The position numbers and the translations under genes were made by a program. DNA of 64,000 bases from Ramazzottius varieornatus. Taxonomy: Eukaryota > Animalia > Tardigrada. Below are positions 26,401 to 40,451 of the stretch, piece by piece. Position 1 is the first letter of the stretch, and each line of letters starts with the position of its first letter. The notes beneath the pieces are model-generated. The model worked only from the letters and a program-made list of their open reading frames with translations, was not told where the DNA came from and searched no databases. The stretch spans positions 8,465,067-8,529,066 of the forward strand of contig BDGG01000001.1 in the NCBI GenBank assembly GCA_001949185.1, read 5' to 3'.

Positions 26401-28558
26401 GTCTTCGACGACGTCGGTTCGCCCTCTGAAGAGCCCGTCCTGAACAAGAATATTGCAGCGAAGAAGGAAGAACCCGAGTGAGAGTTGAATCAAGAAAATT
26501 GATCGGTTTCAAGTTGAGGAACAACTTGAACCCAGGACCGCTTGGAGGTTCAAAGGATTCTTATATCCTGAGGCGACAAAAGAGGTACAAACATCCTGCG
26601 CACTGCGGAACGCAACCCGGTAACCTATCTTTGGTGAGAGCTTCGAACGCGGAAGCAGCTTCCAGTATACAAAGTTACCTCGAAGATGCTTAGCCGTGAA
26701 AGATGTGGCGGAAGCATCAGGAAGCCTCCCTTGTCACGGTTCGGTGGGCTGAACGATGAAACCACAACAGACGACGAGGAAGTGAAAACATCCCAGTCGA
26801 ACCTCAATAGAACGGGTAAAACGGAATCAGGCATTCCAGATAAAGAACCCGAACAAAAGATCAATTGACCGCTCCTATGTACCATATGTTCTGCAAGCCG
26901 TATTCCAAGCACGCACTCGGCACGTGAACCCCACAAGGCGTGTTACGACGTCAGCGTGTCAGGTCACCAACTCTTCCGTCACATGAAAAATCCAAACAGA
27001 CTTTCACTTCCAAGAACATGAGTCTCATTTTCAGAGATGCAACCCGAGCGCTACCAACACAGCCTCGCAGTTAAAAGAAATCCTCGAGATGCATGTGAGG
27101 AAACTGCAACGGGGAGAAACTTCGAACCCAGCTGCGAACGACTTCACTAAATTCGAGCAAGACCTGAAGCCTTCATCAATCGAGCTACGCTACGCCTCGA
27201 TCGATGATGCCAGCCAAGATTTGATTAAAAGCGGAAAAGAAAAGCCTGCCATGATGTTTCCGATATTCCACGATCGTCCCGCCTCCGTACGTCTGCCACA
27301 ACAACCATAAGAGAAACGACATACCGGAGCCCGAAGTTATGCTTCAACAGCATCGTCGAGCCCCAGCAGCAAACCCCGAGCCTCAGGTGCCTCACAGCAA
27401 TCGCAAAGCTCTCCAGCGACAGTGAAAGACACGGAAGTTAGTCATCCAACAACAGAGCCAGAAGTCAATAAAACTTCACCACAACCGAAGAAGCCCGAAT
27501 CAGGCTCCACCACGGTCTAGACCGGGGAGCGTGGAGATTGCCGGCAGTCAGTAACCTTTCTGGTGAACCATTTCATAACAGGAGAAGCGAAGGGGCTAAT
27601 CCTGCTCACCGACATCATCATCCCCTTTCCAAACATACAAAGACCAGTCAACCGTCGTGAACGAAGTGCCGCCAGACGTCGAAAACCTAGTCATATTAGA
27701 CACCGAAAGACAGGAAGCCGACCTGGAACAGAACTTGGTCACAGCCGCCGGTGAAAAAACTCGACGAAAGCTAGCGAAAACCCTGGGGCAGATCTAGTGT
27801 TTCACCGACAGGAGACAGCCTCACCGAGAACCCATGTTGAGGTCAACAGCTATCCAGAGCACACAACCCGAACTGCGTCGACGACGAGCAGAAGCATCCA
27901 TCGACGTGACTTAGATTGAGGAACGTACGTTGAACTTCGGATAAGAACTTCGGATAAGACCCGCCCCAGCTACCACAGAAAGCAGCAACAATGAATGGAC
28001 TAGAACCCGACGGACGAAAGCGCCAGAAGTGGACCGCAGAACACGGAGGACGGAAGGCATAGGAAACAACTGCTGCACCTGAGCAACCGGTTCCCCATAT
28101 GGCAGAACAGCTGGTGTCAAAATGCAGCGGACGATAAAGGGGCTTGGCAGGGGAAAGAACGGGACCAAATCGAGAGACCGATGGTGGAGGAGAAGAAAGA
28201 ATGCAACGTAATGGCCGAGGTGGTAACGGCCAACAGCGTTGAGATTTTTTCCTTTAGATGTTCTGATTGTGCTCTTCCAAAGAACTCTTTTGATCTATGA
28301 TGGCAAACGCCTACCCGGGAGTTATCGCTAGGAAATTGTCGATTCCCCTTCGAATGCTCAGACATTCCGGACAAGCCAGAAGACCCACAACCAGCCATGG
28401 GATTCCCTCTGCAAGTGAAGAAACTACTCATCCTCCACCTGTCGGTTGACTTCCGCCAAATAGAACTGCGTATCTTTGTGTCAAGCTTCATAGTTTTCGT
28501 CAACCGAAATGTCTTTTGTGTTCTCCACACACGGCAGTCTCTTTAGTTCGGGTCTGCT

Positions 28559-28822
28559 ATGTTCAAATCGGTAGAAAACGCAACGGGAGCTATGCATCGA
28601 ACCACCGGAACGCGCAACCTCAACAAAACAATTACAGCCTACCCAGCCAGAGCCCGAATGGAAGGTTGCAGCCGCGCGAACGTCTTCGTTACAGGATTTT
28701 TCAAGCAGTGGGCTGGAACAGAGCTACAAGAATACTTCAGCAAGTTCCGGAAAGTGATCTCCGCAGTGAGCGGGGGGGACGTCCTCTATGATTGGGAAAA
28801 CGAAAGCCAAAGAATTGGATGA
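28559..28822 (+). pseudogene. RRM-like fragment, possibly a retroelement ORF1
   Basis: NVFVTGF....ELQEYFSKFRKV resembles the RRM RNP2/helix 1; surrounding 27000-28800 is decayed, coding-like sequence. Confidence 0.3.
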
Positions 28823-30699
28823 AGACTCTCCCGCACTTCCCCTGTCAGTCTCAGAGACTGGAACTGATATCCATTTCAGTTCCAGGCCCCTAGACTGTGT
28901 TTGAATTGTCGTTAAATCGTTAGCGAAACAGAAGTTCTCAAGGCTTCTATGCGCGCCGAATATTTGAGATCTGCTCTTACTTGAGTGGAAACCAATTCTA
29001 ATTAGTGGCAGAAGCTTTATTGGTTTTCGTTTCCCAATTCCGAAAACGTAAAACAAACAAGGAAGCGTAGCTTAAGCTGAACTTCTTGGTTCCGAGAGCT
29101 TTTATCTCATCCATATGGTCATCAACACCCCGCCGATCGTAAAATTCCATACCCGAATAATACAAAATATAATGTACTATAAGGTATATGCATGTATCCC
29201 ACTTTGTGAACTTTATCAATCTGAACTTCCACATTATACACTTTATCAATCTAAACTTCCACAGACAGCAGAGCTTAGGTGCCTGACACGTAAACCACTC
29301 GCTATTTTTTAGATTCCGCCATAGATCGAACCGATTCGCCAGCCTTTTGGAACTGTTTCTGATCACTGGACAGTCGGCAAGCATAAACAAGCTTTGCATC
29401 TTGTAAAGAAGTTTTGCCGTTCTACTCCTGCTAAAGTTTTCTGTCGGTAAAGCTTTAACAAGAGAATCTGTTTGCCTGCTCCAGCAACAACTGGAGTGAA
29501 ACGAGATTCTAATTTATATACATATTAGGATCCTTGAGTTTCGTTCTTCGGAAGTTCTCTAAAACTAGCAAGTGGTCCTGTACCGCTAAGAACGAGGAGC
29601 GAAAGAGCCAAAAAGACACAGATAAAAAGCAATCTAAGATCTCCAAAAGCGGTTTCACATTCTATAGTCTATTGGAGAACTTCCTATACACGCCAGCCTT
29701 AACTTCGCGCTTTGCCCTTTGCCCTCCGCCCTTTGCCCTTTTCCCCTTCCACCCTTCGCCTTTGTCCCTCCCCTAGGCCTCCAACTCATGTTCGGCGGTG
29801 TGCGGAAAACGGAGCGCTTCTTTCTTGTCCAGTGTCCTCTAAAAACGACCGATTAGTGAGGAACTGCAAATTGAAATTCGTTTCCGCGCCGATCAACTTT
29901 CGCGTGATCTTACAGTCCTGGGTTTGCGATTATTCAAACTGCCACCGTTTTAATGATACAAGGAACTTTCAAACACCAGGGGCTTCACTTTGCTCGGCCG
30001 GATGAGCAAACCAACGTTTCTCAAAATTTCTTGTAAAGTGGCATCTGATGCCACGAACATCTGATGCCACGAACTTTTCGGAATGTCTATGCGCCGTTAA
30101 TACCTTGAACTGACCTTCGACATTGGTTGGTACAGTGAATTCCAATAGTTGATACATCATATGCAAAAGAATAGGGCGGGATTGGACCCTGGTTTCTGGT
30201 ATGCGTAGAGTGTTGCTGACCTTAGCAACGTCATTGGATTTGAGCTGTTTGTGTTAAGTTGACCCCTGCGCTTGCAGTAGCCGTGTTTGGTGGAAGGGAG
30301 ACACCGTTTGTTGTTACAAAAGCTTTAAGCACTCGATGTGCAAAATTTTCTTGTGATACAGAATCCTTGTTTTGTTTTAAAATTTGATTTAAGTACATAT
30401 TAACGAATGACTGAAAACTGTAGCAGCTGTTTAGTGAGGAAAAGTTTCCGAGCCTGACGTCATCGTCTGATCAAATCAAATCTCATGCTATGAAGACAGC
30501 CCAAATTTCTTTTACGGGTCTAACGTGGGTGCTACTGCCAGATAATATTCCAAACAGAAGTGCTCTAAAACAGGTGAGAGCGATGACAATTCCTTGAGGT
30601 ACAGTGCAGTATTGAAAATAGATATTCTATAGGTATAGGAGTTTTTTATGTGTTCATGATGGATGTCCGGAACCTCATCGCAAAGGCAGAAAACCGACC

Positions 30700-33250
30700 G
30701 AGCGTCTAACGACTGCAACTTCCAAAATTGGCTGTCCTGTTACCATCAATTTTAAATATGACCAAGCTGACCAGTGTCTAATTCCATAAGGTAGTAAGCA
30801 GCAGCAGCGAGCACAACCATGCTGTGTCCTCTGGACTGGCACAGCATTATCCCCTGAGCCGTCGTTTGAATGAAGCCGAAAAAAAGGTGGCGGCTGAGCA
30901 TATCAGCAATGGCGTTTCGCCATGCAAAGTGCAGCAGAAGTTGAATGCAGAACAACGATGTGGTAAAAAAGTCGGCACACTGAATCCCAAAGAGCTTCAG
31001 AATTTTAGCACCACACTGAAAAACTGCGGATTAGATTTTCCGGAATGGTTGGCCAGAACCAGGGAAGAGCTTCTAGAAAAGTTCCCAGATGTGACAATAA
31101 AACTCATCAAGGGTGGAGATATTAACCAAGGTTCGAACGATCTCACTCTTCACCTGACTTTTGTACAAACTCCAACGATGCATCAATGGCTTCATATAAA
31201 TAATCAAGTGTATTCGTTGACACCACCTACCGACGTAACCTGGAAACCTTCAATCTAATCGCAGTGGTTGTGCAGGATGCGGATGGTTTTGTTCAATGCG
31301 TGGTTTTGTTCAATGCGTGGCCTCCCGATCAACGAAAAAAAGCCGACATTGTGTTGCGTTTTTCAAGCTAGTGATGGAATCTGTGCCCGCGTTTGTTCCT
31401 CCATGTGTTATATTTGTTAATAAGGGCTTTTCCCAGATGGATGTCCTGTGCGAACTTTTTCCATCCGTCTCTCTCCGAATTTGCGCATCCACACACCGAA
31501 AATATGGAAAAAGCAGATAACGAAAGAGCACGTCGAAACCGAAGAAAGGGATAAGTTGTTCGACCTATTTAAGCAGTGGATTTATCTGGACGCGAAGCCT
31601 TCAAATTGCTCGAGGTTACGTTTGGAAGTCGTTTATCGAATCGGTTGAGAACTTACTACGCGGACAACTGGGCAACTATCAAAGAACTATGGACCAACGC
31701 GCACCAGTAAAAGTTAGCCTTGAAAACGGATAGCTATGGATAGTTTCATACAGTCCGAACGGGCTAAAAGACTACCACCTAGCACAAACCGGTATAGAAA
31801 AATCAGTGTACATCCTTTTCGTCCCGGCCTTCACTCTTTTCGCACAAGTTTTTTAAGGTGCATCCACTGACAAATAGCATGTTTGCGTCAATAGAGAAAC
31901 AGTTTGGTAAAGTCGATCAGCATGACTTCCGGTAGGGAAGATATTCTGTCCGGAACAAAACGTCAAGCTAAAAGATTCTATACTTGATTAACAGTTCTCG
32001 ACCCACGTAAAATTATCTGAACCACCGTCAAAAACCAGAAAATATCGCAGTAACGCCGAAAAACTTCGCAAGTGAATTGAAACACTCAATTCTTACCGAT
32101 TTGCCGCGAATTCCTCCTCCGCGGAAAAAAATTTTGCTCTTGTCGTGAACGGTGGATTCGTGCTATTGAGCAGCGTTCTTGTAGCAAGGTCCCTGCACTG
32201 ATTGTTTTCAACAAAACAAGAGCTGGATTTTAGGGCAAAAGTGAGAAAATGAATTCAGGAAGGGACCCAAAAAGCTGAGAATGATGGTTGCTGTTCGTCT
32301 CTGTACCTTCCGCAGTTTTCTGTCGATTTTGACTTCTTTTTGAACGGATTTCTGGCCGGTAATTGTCTTAGAGGTAGCAAAATGGTGGTCGAATCATGGT
32401 AAACTGGTGTCAGAGTTAAGCGAGAAGTTGGTCGAGAACGCACTAACTCAATAGGTGAGAGTCACTTGGTCCGTTCGGGCTGTATAAAAAGCAGCAGAAA
32501 CATGGATGTCTACTGCCCCTCATTATACAGCAGACTCTATGATCCGAAAATGTTGTCCAATTTATACTGTGACCGTTGCGTAAATGGAGAACTGTCGTAG
32601 ACCCAGCGTACTGACATTCAGAAATATTACCACAAATAGGATTCAACGGTTCTTTCTGACCGTCACGAACTTTATGCATGAACAGTCTCAGTCCAGTATC
32701 AAAAGACTGCATGTGCACCATACGCTGGAGATGCCGTTTGAAGGGATTGCTTCCAAGCAAAACGAATGTCTCTATAAAGACTATCTGAACCGAACAAAAG
32801 TACTCAAACTTCATGGTTTCCCCCTCGTTGAGATGACTCACCATGTCGGAAGTACATACACAAGATACGCTTGTGATGTGATGAAAGGCACAACTGTGCC
32901 TGAGCCAAGATCTACGGATTCAGGAAGCACAACCCAATTTATGGACTGTTCAGACTGCCGGATCTGAAAATAGCTATTTGGTAGAGAAGATTCAAGATTT
33001 TCTGCACTGTACATGCTATTTCAACGCCAGTTTCGGAATTTCATGCCGGCATGCATTGTGCGTACGCAAATCATGCAGCAAACAGCCAATTCAGCAAAGC
33101 GACACGTTGTTGCGCTGGTACAGATGCTCAACCACGAAAAAACGAGCACCGCCCACCTTCCAGTGATAGTTCCATTTCACCAACAGGAGTTCGACCGAAA
33201 GGTCGACCAAGTTGTCCAAGAAAGCATCAGAAGTTCAACAGGAAAAAATT
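30700..33250 (+). pseudogene. Mutator/MULE transposase with SWIM finger, decayed and split by insertions
   Basis: SKIGCP..HNH, VFVDTTY, VVVQDADG, TTNRIQ, and CTC..FGISCRHAL (SWIM, about 33007-33058). Confidence 0.8.
31751..32482. mobile_element. Tc1/mariner-type MITE inside the MULE remnant
   Basis: About 31-bp imperfect TIRs (cagtccgaacggg.. / ..ccgttcgggctg), TA on both sides. Confidence 0.7.
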
Positions 33251-33699
33251 AGTTTAACACATTCAATTGTTGTACGAGATTCACCGAAAGAGAGAAACAT
33301 GTTTTTGACACCATGATCGGTCAAAAAAAATACTGTACGGATTCGATCGTAACTGCTTGAGCCATAAATTCCTAATGTGTCAGTTATGGAGATTCGTCTG
33401 ACGAGGTATGCAGTTTACGACGAATTTTTGTTTTTGTCACCCGTGTGTCCCCAGACGCATCGCTCAAATCTTCTGACAATACCAGCACAACAGCTATCAA
33501 GCGTGAACAAAAGGCTGTCTCCATCTATATATCTGCTGCTCACCGCAACAACCACATTTACTAGGTACTGAGACATCTTACTTCAGAACTGGAGTTACGG
33601 TGTACCCATTCTGTCTGTCGATCCATTTGTGAGAAAGCCGTTTGTGAAGCAATTAACGTTAACCGAATTAAGTGCAATCATCCAATATATTAGGTACGA

Positions 33700-33895
33700 A
33701 ACAATGTATCAGACAGGACATAAAGCATACGATATTTTGGAATTTATGTGTTCGAGATACCGAATTTTACCACATCGATATATTGATACATTGAGGCATA
33801 TTGATGCATTGATACGGTATCTCTTCGATATCGTATCGCAGTGATTTCGGTATATTTCGATGCGGTACGATAATATCGTAGTTTTGCCACCACTA
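33700..33895. repeat. gatac/gatat-rich subterminal repeat array ending in a hAT-like terminus
   Basis: Dense tcgata/gatac motifs; ends ccaccacta (reverse complement TAGTGGTGG). Confidence 0.45.
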
Positions 33896-33988
33896 CTAAC
33901 TAAAATATTTGTGCATCTTGCAAAACTTTCAGATTTTCTGAAAAATTATCCAATGAAAAAAGGTTATGAAGGTTGAAAGTTTTGACTA

Positions 33989-34154
33989 GACACGTGGGGC
34001 ACAGTACATCTTATTTTCCAGCTTTTATCAACCGATAAGGTTGCGCTAATGCACTGGGTAACGACAAAATCCGATCATACAAGTAGTTGTTTTTTTCACC
34101 GATAAAGAGGGGTGATAAAAGCTGGAAAATAAGATGTACTGTGCCCCACGTGTC
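33989..34154. repeat. Perfect 42-bp inverted repeat with 82-bp spacer (small MITE/hairpin)
   Basis: gacacgtggggcacagtacatcttattttccagcttttatca at 33989-34030 and its exact reverse complement at 34113-34154. Confidence 0.9.
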
Positions 34155-36201
34155 CTTCAGCTCGTCGCGATCTATTTCCATTCAGCTCGTCGGGATCTAT
34201 CGATCTGCATCAGCTGTTTTCCCGGTGAAAAACTCCAGCCCTGAGGGTGAGACCACCCCGCAAGGGGTTTCTGACTTCCTGTACCACAAAGCAGCACTGA
34301 ACCTCGCTTCGCTGGGTTCAGCACTGTTCTTACGCGTGACCCGCTGCGCCGCTCGCAAACCCTCACCACCCACACGACCCCTCTAACCCCTCTAGCCGCT
34401 CGCTGCAAACCTGATCACAGTATGGCCCTTGATCAACCGATCAAAACAACGGTTCCGCTTCGACTGACAAGTGTCACGTCAAAGAGGTCGCGTTATAGCG
34501 ATGAAAGCAAGCGGTACCTCGCTTCGCTCGGTCCCGCATGCTTTCATCACTACCGGTATAACGCCTCCTGTGCCTTCCAATTTCAAGTTCACCCCTTCGC
34601 ACGGGGAGTCATTTTCCGGGAAAACGGCTGATGTAGATCGATAGAGCTCATTGAGGTCTATCGAGTGGACATGCTAGGGGCGAAAAAAGATTCTCCCGGT
34701 ATATTCGGATATCACCTGGGTAGCAGGTCCAAAAGTAAGCTGCAACTGTGCTGCGCACGTCAACAGATCGCTCTGCGCTGTGCTGTGCTACACAACTTAC
34801 ATGCTCAGTGGCTAGGCAGCAGCGCAGCGCATGCACATCGACCTGGTGCAACTGCGCGACACGCTGGTGTGCTAACGTCGTTTGTAATTTTGTCAGCAAA
34901 ATCGGTATTCAACTTGGAAAACGTAGCTTCGAAGTACGGCAAAGCTGAAATGCCTCAAGTTCGAATGCCCGAAACTCCGATTTTTCTAAAGTTTCGATAA
35001 TGTGGTTCTGCGCGGCAGTCTTCGGGTCCCTTCTGGATGCTGTGCTGTGCTGAACAAATTGGTCAATTTGCGCGCTGTAACTGTGTTGCAGCACGCACAG
35101 CTGCGCTGCAGTACACCGCATGCGCCCGGACTCCGCGCTCTAAGTTGCGCCTTCCGGTTTCGACTTGTTGAAAACGATCGAAAGTTATATTTCCACCCTA
35201 TTCTGAAAGCACCAAATCGTGGCGGTTGCAGGTGTGAATTAGACAACCAATTTTCAAATTCCGCACTACCAAACAACTCTGTGCACCGCCATTTCATAGA
35301 CCGAGTGCAGCCGGCGCAATCATATCTTTGTCTCCTTCGGCGCCATCCTCGTTAGGTGCTATCATTCGGCGTAATTATCGCCATCGCCGGCGCAATCATC
35401 GCCCTCTCCGGCAAACTTGTCGCCCACAAGGCGCAGAAGTGGTTTTGTGACAGAGAGCGAAACACAGCAGCTCATTTTGCCATAATGTCAAGTCTTGCGC
35501 TCAGAAAAATCCGCACGATGCCCGCATGAACTCGCGCATTCATGAGGTGTTTTGTAGTGTATGGTGCGCCACAATGCGGAACATCGAACATTCAACCCTC
35601 GGCAGAATCATCGCTTTCTCCGTTTGCCATAGCAATGCGTGAGCTCGCACGAAGCAAATCGTAGGGACAAGCCGTTCTTGTGAATACACTCTGTGATCTG
35701 AAGCATGGAGTTCCTTTCCGACTGATGTACAGCCTCTAGGCAGATTTTTGGAGTCCAGAAGGGAGAAATATTTCGGATCCAATCCACTAATTCGCGTTTC
35801 GAAGAAAATCAGGTAGTAACGCTTCACACCTTCAGTTGCTTCTCACAGATTGCTGTTGAATCCGTAACTACAGTAGTCAAACAAATTGCTGATTTTTGAA
35901 TCCTGAGATGATTCCTCGACATCAGAAATAACGAGCAGAGATAAAACTAAGCTGCATGCCTGGCTGTTCTGGAGCTATACCGTGCTTCTTTCGGGCTGTG
36001 TGGTACGAGATGCGACAATCTCGGCGAAAAGCCATGATCACGCCGAAGGCATGGCGCGCTTCGCACTGTAACATGCGCCACAGATGCGCGAGTCAACACG
36101 GGAAGCGTGCATGAATTTTACGCAAGTGACTCGCCATTGCATTCGGATTTCCCTCTGATGGTGTGCTCATTTGTCATGAAGCGATGATTGTGCCGTAAGT
36201 A

Positions 36202-36695
36202 CAGTTACGGTCACGGGTAATCGTACGACAATGGTTTTTGTTTGCTTGCTTGTATCTTCTGACCCCGTAGTCCGATTTCGACCATTCGAACACCATCATG
36301 TAGAACACACGTTTTACTCTCCCATCACGTGACCGTCCAGTCAGTAGTACAATCAATCAATTAGTGAGCAATTAGGTCCGGACAAGGAAATAAGGGTTAT
36401 TTTGCGCTGCTGATCTCTCGTCACGTGACAGTTTTATGGGAAAGTCTTAACAGCCAAAAATTTAGGCCAAGCATTATTGTATCGACTACCGCATACGAGA
36501 TCTCCAAAAGAAATTTTGCAAAAAAGTTTCCTTGTCCGGACCTAATTGCTCACTAATTGATTGATTGTACTACTGACTGGACGGTCACGTGATGGGAGAG
36601 TAATACGGTGTTCGAATGGTCGAAATCGGACTACGAGGTCAGAAGATACAAGCAAACAATTACGGTTGTCGTACGATTACCCGTGACCGTGACTG
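36202..36695. mobile_element. Foldback-like MITE with about 170-190 bp TIRs
   Basis: 36202-36390 versus 36526-36695 are near-identical inverted arms, CAGT termini, TA on both sides. Confidence 0.9.
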
Positions 36696-39189
36696 TATGT
36701 GGCCCCGGCAGACTAGTTGTTTCGTCGCCTTGTTGCCGTAAAGCTATGATCGCGCCGGCTACAACCGTGCACAGGCGTAATGAGTCTATCACAGTGACCT
36801 ACGTAACTCATTGTCCAGGTTCCCACTACCGAGTCAGAGGATATTTGGCATCATCCCGCGCTTTTTCCCCCCGGATTTTCTAACCACGCAATTAAGCGAG
36901 GAGCACTTAGGCAGATTGATTACGGGAGGGATGGGTTTATCTCTGCTGTTGTTTTAAAGCTGTTCTCAGGTTAGCGTTCCTGACAAATCAATCGAAAGTT
37001 GTTTCAACTGCAGTTTTTCCACGTATTACTCCATGGGCGTTAACGTTTCGATCGAGTCCGAGCGTGACCGACACGACCATGGACAGTATTGCTGGGCTTC
37101 TAGCTGACGGGCCCGCTCTTTATGAACAGAGGTACTGCCCGTAGTAAGCTCGCTTCCGTTAGCTATTACAGCTAACGGAAAGACATGCGGCTCTCCAAAA
37201 GAAATATGTCGGTTGTACAAACTTACGTTCTTGCAGTAAAACGAAAGCAAATAGCACCACGAAGACAGTCACCTGTCCGGCGACGCCCTTCCCGAAGAAG
37301 ATCGCCACTACAGACAACTATAGCCGCAATCGGTTCGAACAAACCGAACAAAACAACTCCCGCAATCAAGCACCGGAAAATCTCGGTCCCAAAAACAGCG
37401 AAGATGTCAGAAACAACAGCTCTGCAAGCACCGTCGTCCCCGACGCCCGCAACACCACGTCGCGGGCTGACGTCTCCGACACTTCATCTAATAAGAGCAA
37501 CAGTCCGCAAAACAACACGACGCAACGTAAAGGTTAATATTTTTGTGTTCGGCGAGAAGTCGTAAAAATTACGCAGTACACCCGCCACACGCGTAACGTA
37601 TGCCACAAGACTCCCGCACCACAGAATTACAATGGACAGAACGCAGCATAGACATGATCCTCAGACCTGTGTGAACTTGCTGTAGGATAGACAGCAGCTA
37701 GCACGATGCCTTTGTCACCGTAGCAGAGAGACAACATTGGGCTGTCGAACATGTGTGGACTTGTTCGACACATGGTCATCTGTAGACGAATGGTCTCGTG
37801 TGGAAGACCACATGTTGAAAAACTCACGCACGGCCTCGTTCCAAAGCTCGATGTTGGATCTACGCTACAGTGGCAGAGCACTGTGCTAAACTTCATTTCA
37901 CGAACTCAATACTTTTGGCCATTACGGGCGGAAAGTGTGAGTGCACGTCTAGCCTCAAACTCCGTTCTGTGTACACATTTGTCCATCATGGCGGTTATTT
38001 GGTAGGGGAAAGGATCAAGTACTTTCAGTCTGCAGAATACTTCTGGGGAAAATTCTCTCTTTCGGTGGCGCGTCTAGAGGCCAGTGACTCTACTGAAGTG
38101 ACATCAAACTTCAATAGAATAGGGCGGGTGCAGGCTGAGTCACTAGGCGCAAAACGTCGCACGCTCCATGTTCGACCGTATCACAATGCTCAGAGAATAA
38201 AAACCGCTTGACCCAGTACCTGCATAAACCACGCCGAAAAAGTTTTCCTTTAAAGATAGCCGGGAGCAAGTCTGGCGCGACAGACTAACACCATACTATC
38301 TTTAAGAGCACCTGGGAACTTTTTACCATTCTTGGTCGACAAGTACCTGAAACTCAAGGGGTTTTCGTCAACCAAGTACGAGGAAAAGGGTTCAGGTGCT
38401 GTTGCACTAGCTAAATGTCTGTGTCAGTCTGTCGCGCCAGACTTGCTCCCTGCTGATTTTAAAGAAAAACATTCGGCCCGAGCAGTTTGTACCGACCGGA
38501 GCCGACGATTCGGGACGTGACGTCAGGTTCACAGTTCGAATCCTTTTCTATTAGGCGAATTTTTACGACAAAAATGTGCCCATGGGACACGCCTAGATTT
38601 ATTGATTTGGTCTACCGAGAGTCACGTGTTCTTTGACGTCAATTTCGGTTTTCCATAAGAAGTTTGAATAAATGAAGCTGGATCAGTGTGAAGGGCGTTG
38701 CGAATTTCTGAATGTTGATAAGGGGGTGGCCAGATAAATATAGGGTTCAATGTAATGCGCTCCCGTTCCGTATAGCTCCAGCTCGAATACGTAGTGTGTA
38801 ATTACGGTCGATCGCAGGGCCGAACACCAAATCATCACCCTTACGTTCGCTGTCTTAGCGGTTTTACCAACGGAACACGCCTGCGATCTGCTGCAACGTA
38901 AAAACAAAGATACGAATTTACAGGTGTGTCATTGCAAACTATGTTCTAAAAACCTAGAAAAACATTCAGCCTCATTTTCCAAATATTGCCGTTCACAGTT
39001 GTAAATTTCTTCATAATCTGACATGCAGGACATGTAAGAGGGACACGTTACTGATGAGTTCTATTTGTTCATCACTTTCATCAAATCAAGTATTAGCCGA
39101 ACGGAAGCAGCCAGAGACTAGCCAGAGACCACACCCAGTTTTGACCAGTCCACCTTTTGTCGTCAGTCGGAAGTAAACTCGTTTTGCTC

Positions 39190-39936
39190 TAGCGGTATTT
39201 CTCAATGATCGCACTGACCAGAATGGAGTGGAACTACAAAACGGTACCCTGGTCCCAATTAAGGCTTTCGAAATTCGGAAAGTTAACCACGTATAAGTAC
39301 ACGAGGAAGACGTTGCAAAGTTACAGTCTGGTGCCGGAGTTGTAAAGTTAGCCGCTGGATACCAGAAATGAACCGTCGAACGACTATGCTTTCTAGGATG
39401 CGGCTAACTTCACAACGTCGGTATACGCCGGCGAACTTTGTCACCTTACCTGACACAGTTGTTTTGAAACCAACGTAGAATTATCCACGATTGGTTTAAA
39501 ACTCCGCTTGCACTGCAAAAAGTACATGCCAATAACGGATTTCTTCGTCGTTAAACACGATCCTCTGCTCAGTGACTTTATAATGGAACGCTGTGGACGT
39601 GCAACTCCCGTTACGAGCACGAGCCGTCCACACGGAAACCTTATCGTGTACGAGCCGTTCACACGAAAAACAATATTTGAGTTGAACAACGACGACGTGA
39701 AGTGAATAGATCAGAACACAATCGGTCGGTACTCAGATAATTTCATTTTGCCATGTCTTTTTAGTTTCGAAGTCATTGCACGCATTGGACGAGTCTTCGA
39801 CAATGGTTGGAACAATGAAACGTCGTCAGGTCGGAAAATCACGTTTATGCTGTCAAACGACACTGGATCTGCACGCGGGATAATTTGGGACAATCACGAC
39901 AAATTTGCGACCAATATGCGACAAGACACCGTGTGA
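39190..39936 (+). pseudogene. RPA70/SSB-like OB-fold gene remnant
   Basis: FEVIARIGRVFDNGWNNETSSGRKITFMLSNDTGSARGIIWDNHDKF resembles RPA1 DBD-A (IKARV..WSN..GKLFS..L.DESG.IR....DKF); upstream ELQNGTLVPIKAFEIRKV is weakly RPA70N-like. Confidence 0.55.
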
Positions 39937-40063
39937 AAATACACAACCCACGATTTTTTCTCTTAGTGTGAATAATCGCTCTGAAGCCGTGAAACAATCG
40001 TCGTTACGCGGAAAGAGGGTCAGAACCACTTGCTAGGCGTACAAACAGTGCAAACCTCTCATA

Positions 40064-40392
40064 CACTGTCTACCACAAGCGTTTGACCCCCCAGTCTCTC
40101 ATTAAAAAATTTGCATCTTTCGTTCGAGTAGACTGATTGTAATATTTCTAACTGCGAGATCATGAAAAGATTTTTTTTCTCTCGGATCACGTGACTTTTG
40201 ACAGAAACGATCGACAAATAAATTGGCACGCTCCAGGTTGCCGACGTTCAAAACTCATCCGTTTTTTGTTGCCGACCACTTCTGTCGACCCCTTTTTCCC
40301 GTTTCCCCAGGTTCCCGACGTTGAAAACTCATCCGAAGATAAGAATGTTTGAATGAGAGACTAGGGGGGTCAAAGACTTCTAGTAGACAGTG
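40064..40392. mobile_element. Tc1-like MITE (329 bp)
   Basis: About 42-bp imperfect TIRs cactgtctac..tttgacccccc.agtctctcatt, TA on both sides. Confidence 0.8.
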
Positions 40393-40451
40393 TAAGAAGT
40401 GGAAGGATCATGCGGAGTTTTTCAAAGATGATGCTCAGCCAGGGTATATCT

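Noticed and set aside
29711-29775. (gcccttt)n-like tract
   Set aside because: Simple low-complexity repeat, not telomeric
35500-36120. Very degenerate inverted arms
   Set aside because: Probably an old MITE, but ends and TSD could not be defined
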